NCBI GenBank assembly: GCA_051294375.1
Contig: CM119264.1
Coordinates: 25,112,051 to 25,176,050 of the forward strand
Origin: Paraspadella gotoi
Taxonomy: Eukaryota > Animalia > Chaetognatha
Reading direction: 5' to 3'
DNA length: 64,000 nt
Shown one piece after another: positions 44,561 through 55,982 of this stretch. Below the pieces are notes generated by a model that was given only the letters and a program-made list of their open reading frames with translations, did no database searches and was not told the origin of the DNA. The stretch's first letter is position 1; every line of letters starts with the position of its first letter. The position numbers and the translations under genes were made by a program.

Positions 44561-45827
44561 ATGGGATTTCCCAACTTAATCAACGTTTGTCTCTTCTTTC
44601 TCGCGCTCAACGTGTTTTCTTTCGTCGAATGCAATCAAGAAAAGGAATTGTACGACTCCATTCTCGGTAAATAGATCGAGCGACACCTTAAGACGTCACA
44701 AATTTAAACAAAACGACACAACACAACGTTATTTTACTTGAATCTCATTCCTCGATATATTCAGGATACAAGTCGACCTACAACAAGCTGTCTCGTCCCG
44801 TCTCGACCCCGAAAGAAGTTCTCTGGATCAAACTGTCCCTCAAGTTGATGAGCATCGCGGATCTTAATGAAAAGGTGAGGTGGAACAAATAAAGTTACAT
44901 CCGGGTGGAGACATAGAGTGATTGGTGAGGGATCGTTAAGTAAATTGTTTGGTACAGATTCAGAAGGCAAAGTTAAGTATGTCAATTGTAAAGTGTTATC
45001 GCAGGCATTGGGTACTTCAGAGATTAAAAAATCACATCGTTGGGGGGTTCAACTTAGTTTTAAATATATTTTGAATTTCGCCAACAACTCATTGATTAGT
45101 TCCCTTCGATGACTTTGATTGTCTCACATTTCTTATTCAGGACCAAATCATGACCTCGTCCTTCTGGGTTCACCAAGAGTGGAACGATTCCTCCCTCAGT
45201 TGGAGACCAGAAGATTTCGGTGGAATCGACAGCATCAAAGTTCCGGCTGACGACGTGTGGAAACCCGACATGGGTGAGTTGGTGGGGAAAGGGGTGAGCT
45301 GAGGTGGGGATAGAGAAGGGGTAAGGTGTGGTGGGGTTAGGGAAGAGTGGAGGTGTGCATAGGGAAGGGGTGAGGTGTGGTGGGGATAGGGAAGGGGTGA
45401 GGTGGGGCATTCGTAAATGCAAAATCCTTAATTTAGAAAAGCGAAGATGAGGTTTAGGAGAGAACAACGAAAACAAGTAGCAGGTTAAGGGAGCGAGGCA
45501 CAAGAGAAGAATTGGGTTTGAAGTCCTACTTGACTTTAGCTAACTTTAATATTTAATTAAGTGGTAGCATTATATATATATTAAATGTTTTGTTTTGTTT
45601 TGTTTTGTTCACAAACAACGATTTTGTTTTTATTAATCAAAATAAAAACAAATTCTTCATTTAATGCCATTATCAATCGCAACGAAAAGATACGATAGGA
45701 CTTTTCCTTCAAATCTTTTACTTATACTTTTCAGTGTTGTACAACAACGCTGACGGATCCTACGAGATCGTCATTCTCACTCACGTCCAGGTCCGAACTA
45801 AGCGTCCCTTAGCCAGAAAACAGCAAC

Positions 45828-45896
<69 letters not shown>

Positions 45897-48222
45897 GTCC
45901 ACTCGACGGGTCTGATAGAGTGGGACGCGCCCACCGTCTACATTTCCTCCTGCGACATCGCGATGGAAAACTTTCCGTTTGACGAGCAACAGTGTTGGAT
46001 GAAGACCGGATCGTGGACCTTCGATGGATTCCAGGTCAAGTGGACAGACGGACAGGAGAGACAGAAAGATTGGTGACAGAAAAAAATACTAATCGATCTG
46101 TCCCAGCGGCTTCGCGAATAAAAAAAAAACATTTAAATACAATTGATTTAATTTAAATTTAAAAAAATCGTAAGGGTAGTTGTAAAGATATGAATATTTT
46201 AAAATTGACAAAAGTATTTTCGACATTCGCTTTCAGTGCTGATTAAATGTGATAAGATCGTTTGGTTTTAAAAATAAAGATATCATATAAAACTGTAAGA
46301 ACTTCTGGATCCAAGTAAATACATTTTTATCACAGTACTAAATCACTTTATTTATTTGTAAAGTGACAGTACGCTTGAGACACTATATATATATGGTGAT
46401 TTTTTGAAATAAAGTGGCGCGATATTTTTCACACAACTGTTTATGGATTTAGTTACTTTATTACAGGATCTTTTATTATCTATATATATACATGTCAAAT
46501 ACATAGTATATATTTTTTAATTAATTTATTTTTACTTTGCTAAACCTCCTTAATCATTTTTTCATTGTTTCAACAGACGTCGAGAGCGATTGAGTGTCAG
46601 ACTAAAGTTTTTGTATTTAAACCACTAACTAAACTTATCCTCTTCCCCCCCTTCCCTCTCTCCCAGGTGGACTACAGTCACACCAAATTCCCGGCAGGGT
46701 CGATGCCCGCAGGAGAAATCATCCTAGACGCTATCGATCTCTCTGAATATTCGTCCTCCGGCGCCTGGGATCTCATGAACGTCACCGCGCGAAAGACTTA
46801 CTTTTATTACCCCTGCTGTCCGGAGCCTTACCCCGACATCACTTTCTACATAACGTATGGAATTTTTTAGAGGGGAGGAGTGGGGATTTTAAAAGATATA
46901 AGTTTTATTCGCTTTAACATTTTTTTCATTGATTAAAATATTTAGAATCAGAAGAAAGACGCTGTACTACGCGGTGAACCTCATCATTCCTTGCATCGGA
47001 ATCGCGTTACTTACCTCTCTGGTCTTTTACTTACCTACCGACGGCGGTAAGATAATTTTTGCTTGTATTTTTGCTTACTCGTTGCTTTCTTTTCATTTCT
47101 TTATTTCTGTCTTTTTTTTAATTTATTTCTTTTCTTTTCATCCTTCACCCCATCCGAATCCCTTTAGGCGAGCGAGTGGGACTCGGCATCAACATCCTGC
47201 TGGCGTTGATGGTGTTCCTGGTGCTACTGGCGGACAACACTCCGCCGACCTCCATCGCCATCCCGCTGATCACTCGCTATCTGGTGCTGGTCATGCTGCT
47301 TTGCACTCTCGCTCTTTGCCTCACCATCTTCACCTGTAATCTGCACTTGAGATCCGGGTGAGACGGTGATGGGTGGTGGCGATATTGACCAGCGATACCG
47401 ATGATCGTCAGTAACGATTTGTCTATGACAGGGAAACTCACTCTCTTCCCAATTGGATGCGATTTCTCTTCATCGATTTCTTCCCCAAATTTTTGGGCAT
47501 CAAACCGAGAAGCGAGGAGGAGGAGGAGCAAGAGGGAGGAGGAGAGGGAGATGCGGCCAAGCCGAAGTCCATTCTGAAACCTGGAACAGGTTAATCGATG
47601 TTTAAATACAATTTATGAATTCAATAGTTGAAAATGTATAGCTCATTGTGTAATCTGTATTTAATCCAAACGTCATATTATTAGGTATCGCTATTCGGTA
47701 TTGACATAAAACTTAAATACTATGAAAAAAACTAAAGCGAATTAATGACGATTTGAAAACTTTAAAAACTTTTCACGCTGTGACTTTTGTTTAGGATCCA
47801 AGTACCCTCCCATTTTGGAAGGCATTCTTGAGGACATCTCGTTTATCGCCAACGACTACAGAGAAAACGGTAACAAATGAACAGCCATTGCTTCACTTCA
47901 TTCTTTAAACTTATTTTAAATTTTTTATAAAAAATTAAGATTTAAATCCTTAATAATGGGTTTACACTTTACATAATAGCATAAACAGGTTCGTTGACAA
48001 ATGATATTAACTTTTCTTTTGTCTTTTTAGTTTGAATTAAAATTTATATAATTTCTGTATTTTTTAGGAAAAGCTGGCGACGATGTATCGGACTGGCAAT
48101 ATGTTGCTATGGTGATGGACCGAGTTTTCTTCATTTTGTTTACTTTGGTTGGTTTCTCCTCAACAGTTGTTCTGTTCACTAACATTCCGACCCTGTGGGA
48201 CGGCGCAAAGCCCATCGGTTAA
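44561..48222 (+). CDS. Nicotinic acetylcholine receptor alpha-type subunit, 11 exons, 469 aa
   Basis: Exons 44561-44666, 44765-44874, 45141-45273, 45735-45790, 45897-46034, 46667-46854, 46946-47046, 47168-47357, 47432-47589, 47795-47869, 48068-48222 sum to 1410 nt in frame with GT-AG sites. Signal peptide, [21 protein letters not shown], Cys-loop [20 protein letters not shown], loop C YPCCPEPY (vicinal Cys marks an alpha subunit), M1-M3, and [11 protein letters not shown] before M4. Confidence 0.96.
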
Positions 48223-49121
48223 AGTGTTATTAAAATAGACTTTCTGCTAAAAGAAATTTTTAATTGTCTTGATTCATCACTATTATCCTCTTTTGGTTTA
48301 TTTGTTTTTTCAAACACTAGCGATTTTAAAATATTTTTGTTCTGACTTTGAGTGATACAATTTTTAAAAAAATGGTTCAATGTTTATGTATATAATTAAT
48401 TCATGACACGACAATAAAGATATACTTTTAAAGTCTAGAACTAAGGAGAAAAACAATTGTAAATTAGTATAATATGGCTCGGGACTGATAACTCAATACA
48501 GATCAAATTGGCTTTAACAAAAGTTTAAAAAAATTAGTAATGTTTCATTTGACAACACTTTGATTTGAAAACGATTGTGTTTCTTTTTTCAATAAACAAT
48601 AAGCCATCAATAAAAGTATTTTTTGTCAGCAATAAAATGATAAATACATGGAAGAAAGCGACCTAATAGTTTGACGCAATGATGATGGACAAATGTGGTG
48701 TACAATGGTGCAATGATGAAATAAATTAAAATATTGAAATTATGTAATGTATTAAAACTAATGATAGGATGATGCAATTATGATAGGACATCGTTTTACA
48801 TTTTTGAAAAATTCTATCAAAATTAATTTACCAAGCATCACTTAGTATAAGGATAAAATAAAACAGCATTCGGACAAGGTTGTGGTATAAAAATTAGCAC
48901 ATGTTAACAAAAGCAAACTCTTTTAGTGCTCTGCTTTATCCAAAAGCAATTGAAATGTTTACGTATGGATATAGAATAAATTTTACATCAGGTAACATGC
49001 ACTTTACAATCTAATTAAGGGTAATAACTTTGAAGCTAAAAGGATGTAGAACAACAATAGAAAACGTAACATTTTTTTTAAAAAACTGATAAGGACATGG
49101 ACAAATAAGCGAAGATCACAT

Positions 49122-52100
49122 CTATGGATTTCCAGAGTAAATATTATTCACATCTTCATCAAAGATCTCTTTCCATCTTTGTTTAAAAAATGTGTCAAGA
49201 CTTTTTCCTGCTTTTCCAACGTCAGAATTGTCCTCATTAAAAGTTAGACAGTTTTCAAACACAAGCAGAACGTCGGCAGCAAAACTTGCATGAGTGTTAT
49301 AAGTATTTTCCAATAGCTTCTTCTGTATAAGACTAAAGTCCATGGCTTTCTTAATTATTTTTTTGTATTGTGGAAACACTTTAACATTGACAGGCTCTAA
49401 AAATGGCCATCCATCTTCATGAGTTTTTAATTCTTGCAATAGATCTTTGCATCTCGTTAAATTTGTTGTTTGGACATCTTCAACTTTTTCTACTTGTAAT
49501 GATATTTTTTGACTAGAGGAATCTCCTAGATCGAGCGTTTCTCTGGAGTATCTGGCGGAAGATCTATTTATCACGACATCACTATTGTCCTCATAAAATG
49601 TATCCTCTAAAATCTCGGAGTGAGTTGTTAACTTTTTACTTTTTTTTGAAGGGCTACATTTGAAAACTTGAGCACAATGGGAACAGTACCACCTACCTCT
49701 TGGTGCTTTTGTAACGGGAGGCTCTAAACAGTCTCCATGGAATGATAAGAGGCACATGTCACAACGTAGTAGATGCAAAGTTGATTTTCTGCCACACACA
49801 ACACATACAACTTCTCCCATTGCTTTACCAATGCATATGAAACAGTACCAATTTCCTTCAGGAATATTCTCGAGTGAAGGTTTGAAACAGTAGGTATGAA
49901 AACCCTTATCACAGCTGTCACACAGAAGTAACTGCGCTTCATTGTCATCGAGATGACAGAGTTGGCAGCTTGCTCTCATAATGCTTTTTTCCCATGCTAT
50001 GCATTGCGTCAGCTGATTCAAGCAGAGACCAACTTGGGAAACGGACTCTGCCGCGACTGTCGCATTTCTCCATCTCCTCAACCCTCTTGTTTCCCCTTCT
50101 TCGAGCTCCTCCTCTTCATCTTCATGTTTGGAAGCTTTACTACCAGGAGTATTCTGTCCAGAGTTTGTCTCGGATCCATTCTCATCTTTATTTTTGTCGT
50201 CACCATTAATACAAACCATGTTTTCATGAGACATCATGTAAACATTATGAACTGTGAGCTCCATATTTTTTCGTAACGGGGGCTTGAGGTATCTTCTCTC
50301 AATACATCTTTCTAAGAGCAATAGTTTTTCTTTAGCTTTCTCAAGCGGATTTTCAATTTTCATGATGAGGTTCATGGAAGCCTTACGAATATCACAAGAA
50401 GGAGGAATGTCATTCTTCATGGCTTTTTCTAAAATTTGAGATGGATTTTCCCGAGTCACTGTCTCAGCAACCACTTCAGTTTTGTTTTCACTAATTGCTT
50501 TTTGTTTCGAGCCATCCTTCCAAATTTCAGCTGTTAATGAAGTCATTGCTTTCAAATCGCTTATTTGTATATTAGCTGCAAAAATTCTCTCTTCCAATGC
50601 CTCAACCTCATGCAGCAATTGAACCTCCATTTGATGAGACAATGCAGGAGAGTAGAAACATGCAGGATCAGTGTCACTCTCATAATAGAATTTTCTTGAC
50701 CGTTTGCAAGTTCCATTTTCTATATCTTCTAGTTTACGTTTTTTAGGGAAACATTTTCTTATACCATCTTCCCATGGACCTGAGGATGGTTCAAAATCAA
50801 GAGTTTGTCGATATTTAGATTTGGTACAAAGCTCTATATGATGTTCATAAAATATTTCTAAGTTTTTCTGCAAAGGGTTTTCTCTCATACCGGATGAAAA
50901 GGTATTTTCTAGCAGCTTCTTGATGCTTTCAGGTTGACGAATGATCCACCAGCCTTCTTGATTTTCCTTTGGTATATCAAGGGCTTTTGCTTGTCTCAAT
51001 TGTACAAGAGCTTCTTTCTTTTTTTCAATGGCCACCTTTGTTTCTTCAATCTCTAAAGTTTCTTCCTGCTCTTCTCTGCTGTAACTGAGAGCTTCGGGAG
51101 CAAGAAAATCAAAATAATCAGTAGTAGACCTCCACCAATCAGGTTTTAAAAAATTGGAATCTTTAGTTGACATTGCCAATGAAATGTCAGCATTCTCTTC
51201 TAATTCACTGTCAGCAGTTCCGACAGTTGTACATGGGGGGCTTAATGTACAATTTTGAACATTAGATGACTTAATCAAACATGGTGTTGACTCAGACAGA
51301 GAAAACCAGCCAGTTTCAACATCCTCAGATTCTTGAGTTAAATATGAGCTATCTGGATCTATAACTGATGTTTCATCATCCCACATTTGCTCTAAGTTTT
51401 TAACTTCGATTTCTTTATTTTCATCACCATTAATGTTTTTAATAATTCCTTCAATTTCGTCTTCATCTTTTGAACTCGCTTGAACAAACACTCCACCACA
51501 GTGAGACAGAGCCCAGTATCGTCTTTTATATCGATCCATTCCAAGATCAAGACCTCTTACTGACTTTGCAGTTGCAAATAATTTCGCTGAATTTTTTGCT
51601 AATTGTTTTTCAGTTCTTCCTATTCTTTTCTCCAGCTGGTCTTGGTCCCATTGAAAAGCTTCATCTTCTTCTATGGGAATATTTGATATTCCAAAATTGT
51701 CAAAATTAGTATGAGATTTTCGTTGAGGAGTTATAATTGTTTTGCTTGCACTACTGGAGTCCTCTAGGTCAAGGTCTTCATCATCAAAGTCTTTTCGTTT
51801 CTTTTTTTGCTTTTTGCGAGTCTTAAAACCATCTTCATCTTCAATAAACCCATCAACTTCTTCATATTCATCATCTAAAAGGGCATTGTCATCTTCAGAT
51901 TCTTCTTCCTCTTCTTCATCAAATCCTTCCCTTTCTTCTTTTGCAAATTTCATTCGTTTTATTTTAGAAAACTTTTTATAATCATTTTCCAAGAGCCATT
52001 TTTCTTTCCGGCAGTTAGCCATTACATCCAAACTATTATCAATATGCTTAACTATGTTCTTGTTAATTAAAAGTTCATTGCATAAAAAAGAAAGGGTTTG

Positions 52101-55100
52101 CAACTTCAGTTCCGGTGTCATGGCTTGAAAAGGTTGCTTTTGCAAGGCTTTTGTGACGTCATTATCCTTGTGTGCATTTCTAATTTTAATAAAAATTCTT
52201 GAAATTTCTGACATAGATATGTCATCAAGTGGAACTTCAGTTATTCGCTGCCCCAAAATTGTAACAGCTTCCCTTGGATTAGGAAGCCCTGGCTCGTCCA
52301 TAGCAACTTGGAGCAAGTGCATGAGTAGATTATCAATTTCATCAGCACACTCAATGTCTTCATAGAACAGACCTTTTTGAAATGTTTTCATGCCGATGAT
52401 ATTATTTGGCAGTAGGCCGAGCACATCGGAAAAGTTATTTAAAAATTCGATTATCATTAACATATCTGAAAAAGCTTCTCCAGAGAGCTTTAATCCTTGA
52501 ATTCTTTCCAATTCTGGTAACTCGTGATTAGAAATATTTTCGGCTGTTGATGAATAATACCCACCACCCAAGTGTTTTTGCGATCGAGCTTGACTCACTA
52601 ATACCATGTCCTCCTTCAACATATTTAATTCATGAGCGAGTTCATTTTCAAGGCCCCTTAATTTTAACTTGAGCATTTTGCTTTGAGTTTCTATCCTTCT
52701 TCTATCCACTCTCATTTTGTCTTTCTCTTCCTGCTTTCTTCTAATCTCAATAGATTTTAAGATCAATATTTCTTTTCGTTTTTTCTCCCGCTCTTGAATT
52801 TTAAGCATCAGTTCTTGACGTCTTTGCCTTTCCTTTTCTTCTTGCGCTTGTTGTTGCAAGCTTTGTAGGTGCTGAGTTAGTTGATATGATTGATCCAGAG
52901 CTGGGGATTTCATCTCCGGATTAGCCTTCATTTTTTGCAAATGCTGTTGAAAAGAATGCATAAATGATTGAGGAATTTCGTGACTCTTCTCCTCCGTTTG
53001 GTTTTCAGTTTGCATACAGCTGAGTTGATTCTTGTTAAATGGAGTTACATTCTCAGAATAATAACTATTTTTAGAATTAATTTCAGGTTCCATGTTGTTG
53101 AGATGACTTCGCATATGTGAGGATGACAGGACACTTTTTAGTAATCTTTTTCCATACCTCCCTCGCCCATTGGTCAGTTCAATGATCTTAACTTTAATTT
53201 CATTTCCTTTTAATGAATAAAATTTTCGACCGTCAGTTTGACTGTAAAGAGTTTTGGAGTTTTCCAGTTTAAGCATCGAGCAGACTTCATTGTTCTGAGT
53301 ATCAACAAAATATTCCCCAAGTAAGTTTCTGGCGGAAAAACTGAAATTGTCGCGGCCGAGATCGGGTGAATTCACGTGAGACAAAAATTTCATCAAGTCA
53401 GAGTAAGAAACTAACTTGTTACCACAAGGTGTTATGTAATTTACCTCACCTTTAACAATTCCATTTTTTGCAATAGAGGTCAGCAAACACTCTCTCTTCC
53501 ATCCTTTCTGTAAAGGGACATTTAAAAGTTTCTCATCGACAAATATTCTTTTTTGTTTCACATTAGGCAAAACGTCATCGGAATCATTCAAGCCTTCTCT
53601 CGGGTGAATAGTATCAGCCTCTGATCCGGTCTCATCATCCTCAGTATCAGAAAAACTGGTGCAATTGTCATTCACGTTATTGCAAGAATTAGAGGTCGTA
53701 TAAGTACTTTTACTGAGATCAGTTTCACTCTTTGAAGAACTTTTACTATTAGTTTTCAGGTGATTTTGTATTATGTCTTGAAGAAGATTCCACTTTGGAT
53801 CGTAACTTTGATCGGACAAGTTTTTGGAAGCAGCTGCTGCTAACAAAGCGGCTGTAGCATGCGCCGCTGTTTGGGCAGTTTGAGACGAATGGTTAAGCTT
53901 AGAATGTTCCATCTGCATGAGAGACGCAGCCAACTGTTGGTAATTCATCTCGTTTTCAGGCTTTGGAAAATCGTGCGGAAAATGAGGCACGGGAGAGCTG
54001 ATCACTCGAAGTTTACCGTGTTTACTATTGGCCAAAGGATCGGCGAGAGAAAAAGGCTTATGCTGACCCTTTTTAAGCTTGGACGAGCCAGTTTTTTGTT
54101 GTCGTTGGCTCTGGGTCATCGATGAGGATGAGGAGGACGACGAGGTTGATCCGGTGGGAGAGGCGGCGGATTTTCGATTAATTCTCTTATGTTTCGAGTT
54201 TCTTGACGAATTCTGAGAAGTCACCGGGTAAATGTACCCTAATCCGCCAAACGGCACATTTTTGGGACCCCCGCTTATAGGAGGCGCTAATCCCTGCATC
54301 TCGGAGGGCGGTCCGACGGGTTTCCTCTGAGCAGGCGGTAGAACCAGGACTCGCGCCTGCTTCTCCTTCTCCAGGGCCGAGTTTTTTATCGAGAGATCTT
54401 CCGCCGACTCGGACGAATCTCGTTTCGCGATGCAAAGATCCAACGGTTGATCGCCCATTGCTTTGTTAAGGTCCTCTGGTGCTTTTATGTTCTTCGACTC
54501 GTTTTCCGGATTCCATAAGTTTATCTTTTTATTTCCAAGTTGCGACGCGGAAGAATAATAATGATGCTGCATCAGTAAAGATTTCGCGAGTTCACTCTTT
54601 CCACCCGGAGCGAAATTGGAGTGTTTTGGATGATGAGGCTTTGAAGTTTGATGAAGCGGATTCTTGCCATCTTTTGACGGCGTGGACCCTTTCGAAATAC
54701 TTCTGTTTTGAGGATTCTGGCAAACGGGCGGTAAAAACGTTCCAGCGGTTTTGATGGGCGATTTTGCGGCATCGTGCGATGGCGCTGAAAAAAGACCGTG
54801 AGACTGATATTCCTCGTTGTGATCGGACTTGTGACCGGCCAAACCATGCAGCGCCGAATGCTGAGCGAACGGAGATGCGTGATGCCTCGTTTCTTTCGAG
54901 TTCGCCGTGGAATCCAAACTCGGTTTTTTGTAAATCGAAGACGAGAATTCGGGAAATGATTTTCTCTCCGAGTGCAGACCGGGGAAATTTCCGACGGTGG
55001 AGTGCAGTTTGGCTACGGTCGTCGAGGAAACGGTTTTGGTGATGGAATGAGTCGTGTGAGTGATGGAACTCGATGCGGCCATCGTCGAGAGCGACGACGA

Positions 55101-55982
55101 TGTGCGCGAATGTTTCGTCGCGGCGATGGACGCGGAGACGCCATCACTTCCCCGAGAATATGCGGCGTCTTCGAAGGGCCTCTCTGACCTCTTCGAGCTT
55201 CCCTGCTCCTTGGAAGAACCGGATTCTTTAAGCTTTGAGGTATTGGAGTGAAGGAGCTCTTTAGTTTTTTGGAACACTTCCTCGAAGGAGGCCGAAGATG
55301 CGGGATTTGCCGAAGACCAGTCGACGCCGAGACTAGGGGGCGCGAAGAGCGGATTTTTGCCGACGCCGAAGTTCGCCGTCAACGCCGCTTGCTCCTGCAA
55401 CGCAGCCATGTACTGCGCGGCGGCGGCGTACTGCGCGGCAGCGAGTTGCTGATTGTGAAGAGGGTTTATCCCCAACAAAGGGTTGATTGCTTGCAGCGGG
55501 TGAGGCTGCATTTGGCTCCCGAGACTAGTCGGTAAGTTGTTAACCGAGGACGGGGAAGGGACGCCAAAGCCGGAATTACCGTGCTGCTGCAGGCGTTGGG
55601 AGAGGGAGGAGGCGTTGCTCGCGGCGGCGACTTGCTGCCACCACGCCGCCATCAATGTGCTCGATGGATTGTTCCAGTCGGCCGACGCCGGACTGGGCAG
55701 AGAGACGCCTGGACTGACGCTGGATGTCGACGCCGAGTAAGGAGGAAGGAAGGCGCTGGGATTTAAAGATGGTGGGAGGGGATGACCGAGGGCGCTGAGC
55801 GTCGACAGATATTCCGTCGCTTGAAGGGATTGCGGCGTCAGAGGAATCGGCGTCCCTCGAAGACCCGGCGCCGACGCCGACGCCGAGGCGGAGGAATTGC
55901 CGGAAGAATTCCGGCTCCGGACGCCGAGATGATTCGCGGATTCAGAAACGCCGTTGGCATTTCCGCGGGACGAAGAATTCAT
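49122..55982 (-). CDS. BAZ2B: BAZ2B/toutatis-like bromodomain adjacent to zinc finger protein, 2286 aa, single coding exon
   Basis: MBD/TAM (PLQKGWKRE...GEVNYITPCG), DDT (FSDMLMIIEFLNNFSDVL), WHIM1, WSD (LGMDRYKRRYW; GWWII), two PHD fingers (CQLC...LLLCDSCDKGFHTYC; CVVC...CDMC..SFHGDC), C-terminal bromodomain (WPFLEPVN...MDF...FENCLTFN). Confidence 0.95.
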   Translation of the reverse strand: MNSSSRGNANGVSESANHLGVRSRNSSGNSSASASASAPGLRGTPIPLTPQSLQATEYLSTLSALGHPLPPSLNPSAFLPPYSASTSSVSPGVSLPSPASADWNNPSSTLMAAWWQQVAAASNASSLSQRLQQHGNSGFGVPSPSSVNNLPTSLGSQMQPHPLQAINPLLGINPLHNQQLAAAQYAAAAQYMAALQEQAALTANFGVGKNPLFAPPSLGVDWSSANPASSASFEEVFQKTKELLHSNTSKLKESGSSKEQGSSKRSERPFEDAAYSRGSDGVSASIAATKHSRTSSSLSTMAASSSITHTTHSITKTVSSTTVAKLHSTVGNFPGLHSERKSFPEFSSSIYKKPSLDSTANSKETRHHASPFAQHSALHGLAGHKSDHNEEYQSHGLFSAPSHDAAKSPIKTAGTFLPPVCQNPQNRSISKGSTPSKDGKNPLHQTSKPHHPKHSNFAPGGKSELAKSLLMQHHYYSSASQLGNKKINLWNPENESKNIKAPEDLNKAMGDQPLDLCIAKRDSSESAEDLSIKNSALEKEKQARVLVLPPAQRKPVGPPSEMQGLAPPISGGPKNVPFGGLGYIYPVTSQNSSRNSKHKRINRKSAASPTGSTSSSSSSSSMTQSQRQQKTGSSKLKKGQHKPFSLADPLANSKHGKLRVISSPVPHFPHDFPKPENEMNYQQLAASLMQMEHSKLNHSSQTAQTAAHATAALLAAAASKNLSDQSYDPKWNLLQDIIQNHLKTNSKSSSKSETDLSKSTYTTSNSCNNVNDNCTSFSDTEDDETGSEADTIHPREGLNDSDDVLPNVKQKRIFVDEKLLNVPLQKGWKRECLLTSIAKNGIVKGEVNYITPCGNKLVSYSDLMKFLSHVNSPDLGRDNFSFSARNLLGEYFVDTQNNEVCSMLKLENSKTLYSQTDGRKFYSLKGNEIKVKIIELTNGRGRYGKRLLKSVLSSSHMRSHLNNMEPEINSKNSYYSENVTPFNKNQLSCMQTENQTEEKSHEIPQSFMHSFQQHLQKMKANPEMKSPALDQSYQLTQHLQSLQQQAQEEKERQRRQELMLKIQEREKKRKEILILKSIEIRRKQEEKDKMRVDRRRIETQSKMLKLKLRGLENELAHELNMLKEDMVLVSQARSQKHLGGGYYSSTAENISNHELPELERIQGLKLSGEAFSDMLMIIEFLNNFSDVLGLLPNNIIGMKTFQKGLFYEDIECADEIDNLLMHLLQVAMDEPGLPNPREAVTILGQRITEVPLDDISMSEISRIFIKIRNAHKDNDVTKALQKQPFQAMTPELKLQTLSFLCNELLINKNIVKHIDNSLDVMANCRKEKWLLENDYKKFSKIKRMKFAKEEREGFDEEEEEESEDDNALLDDEYEEVDGFIEDEDGFKTRKKQKKKRKDFDDEDLDLEDSSSASKTIITPQRKSHTNFDNFGISNIPIEEDEAFQWDQDQLEKRIGRTEKQLAKNSAKLFATAKSVRGLDLGMDRYKRRYWALSHCGGVFVQASSKDEDEIEGIIKNINGDENKEIEVKNLEQMWDDETSVIDPDSSYLTQESEDVETGWFSLSESTPCLIKSSNVQNCTLSPPCTTVGTADSELEENADISLAMSTKDSNFLKPDWWRSTTDYFDFLAPEALSYSREEQEETLEIEETKVAIEKKKEALVQLRQAKALDIPKENQEGWWIIRQPESIKKLLENTFSSGMRENPLQKNLEIFYEHHIELCTKSKYRQTLDFEPSSGPWEDGIRKCFPKKRKLEDIENGTCKRSRKFYYESDTDPACFYSPALSHQMEVQLLHEVEALEERIFAANIQISDLKAMTSLTAEIWKDGSKQKAISENKTEVVAETVTRENPSQILEKAMKNDIPPSCDIRKASMNLIMKIENPLEKAKEKLLLLERCIERRYLKPPLRKNMELTVHNVYMMSHENMVCINGDDKNKDENGSETNSGQNTPGSKASKHEDEEEELEEGETRGLRRWRNATVAAESVSQVGLCLNQLTQCIAWEKSIMRASCQLCHLDDNEAQLLLCDSCDKGFHTYCFKPSLENIPEGNWYCFICIGKAMGEVVCVVCGRKSTLHLLRCDMCLLSFHGDCLEPPVTKAPRGRWYCSHCAQVFKCSPSKKSKKLTTHSEILEDTFYEDNSDVVINRSSARYSRETLDLGDSSSQKISLQVEKVEDVQTTNLTRCKDLLQELKTHEDGWPFLEPVNVKVFPQYKKIIKKAMDFSLIQKKLLENTYNTHASFAADVLLVFENCLTFNEDNSDVGKAGKSLDTFFKQRWKEIFDEDVNNIYSGNP

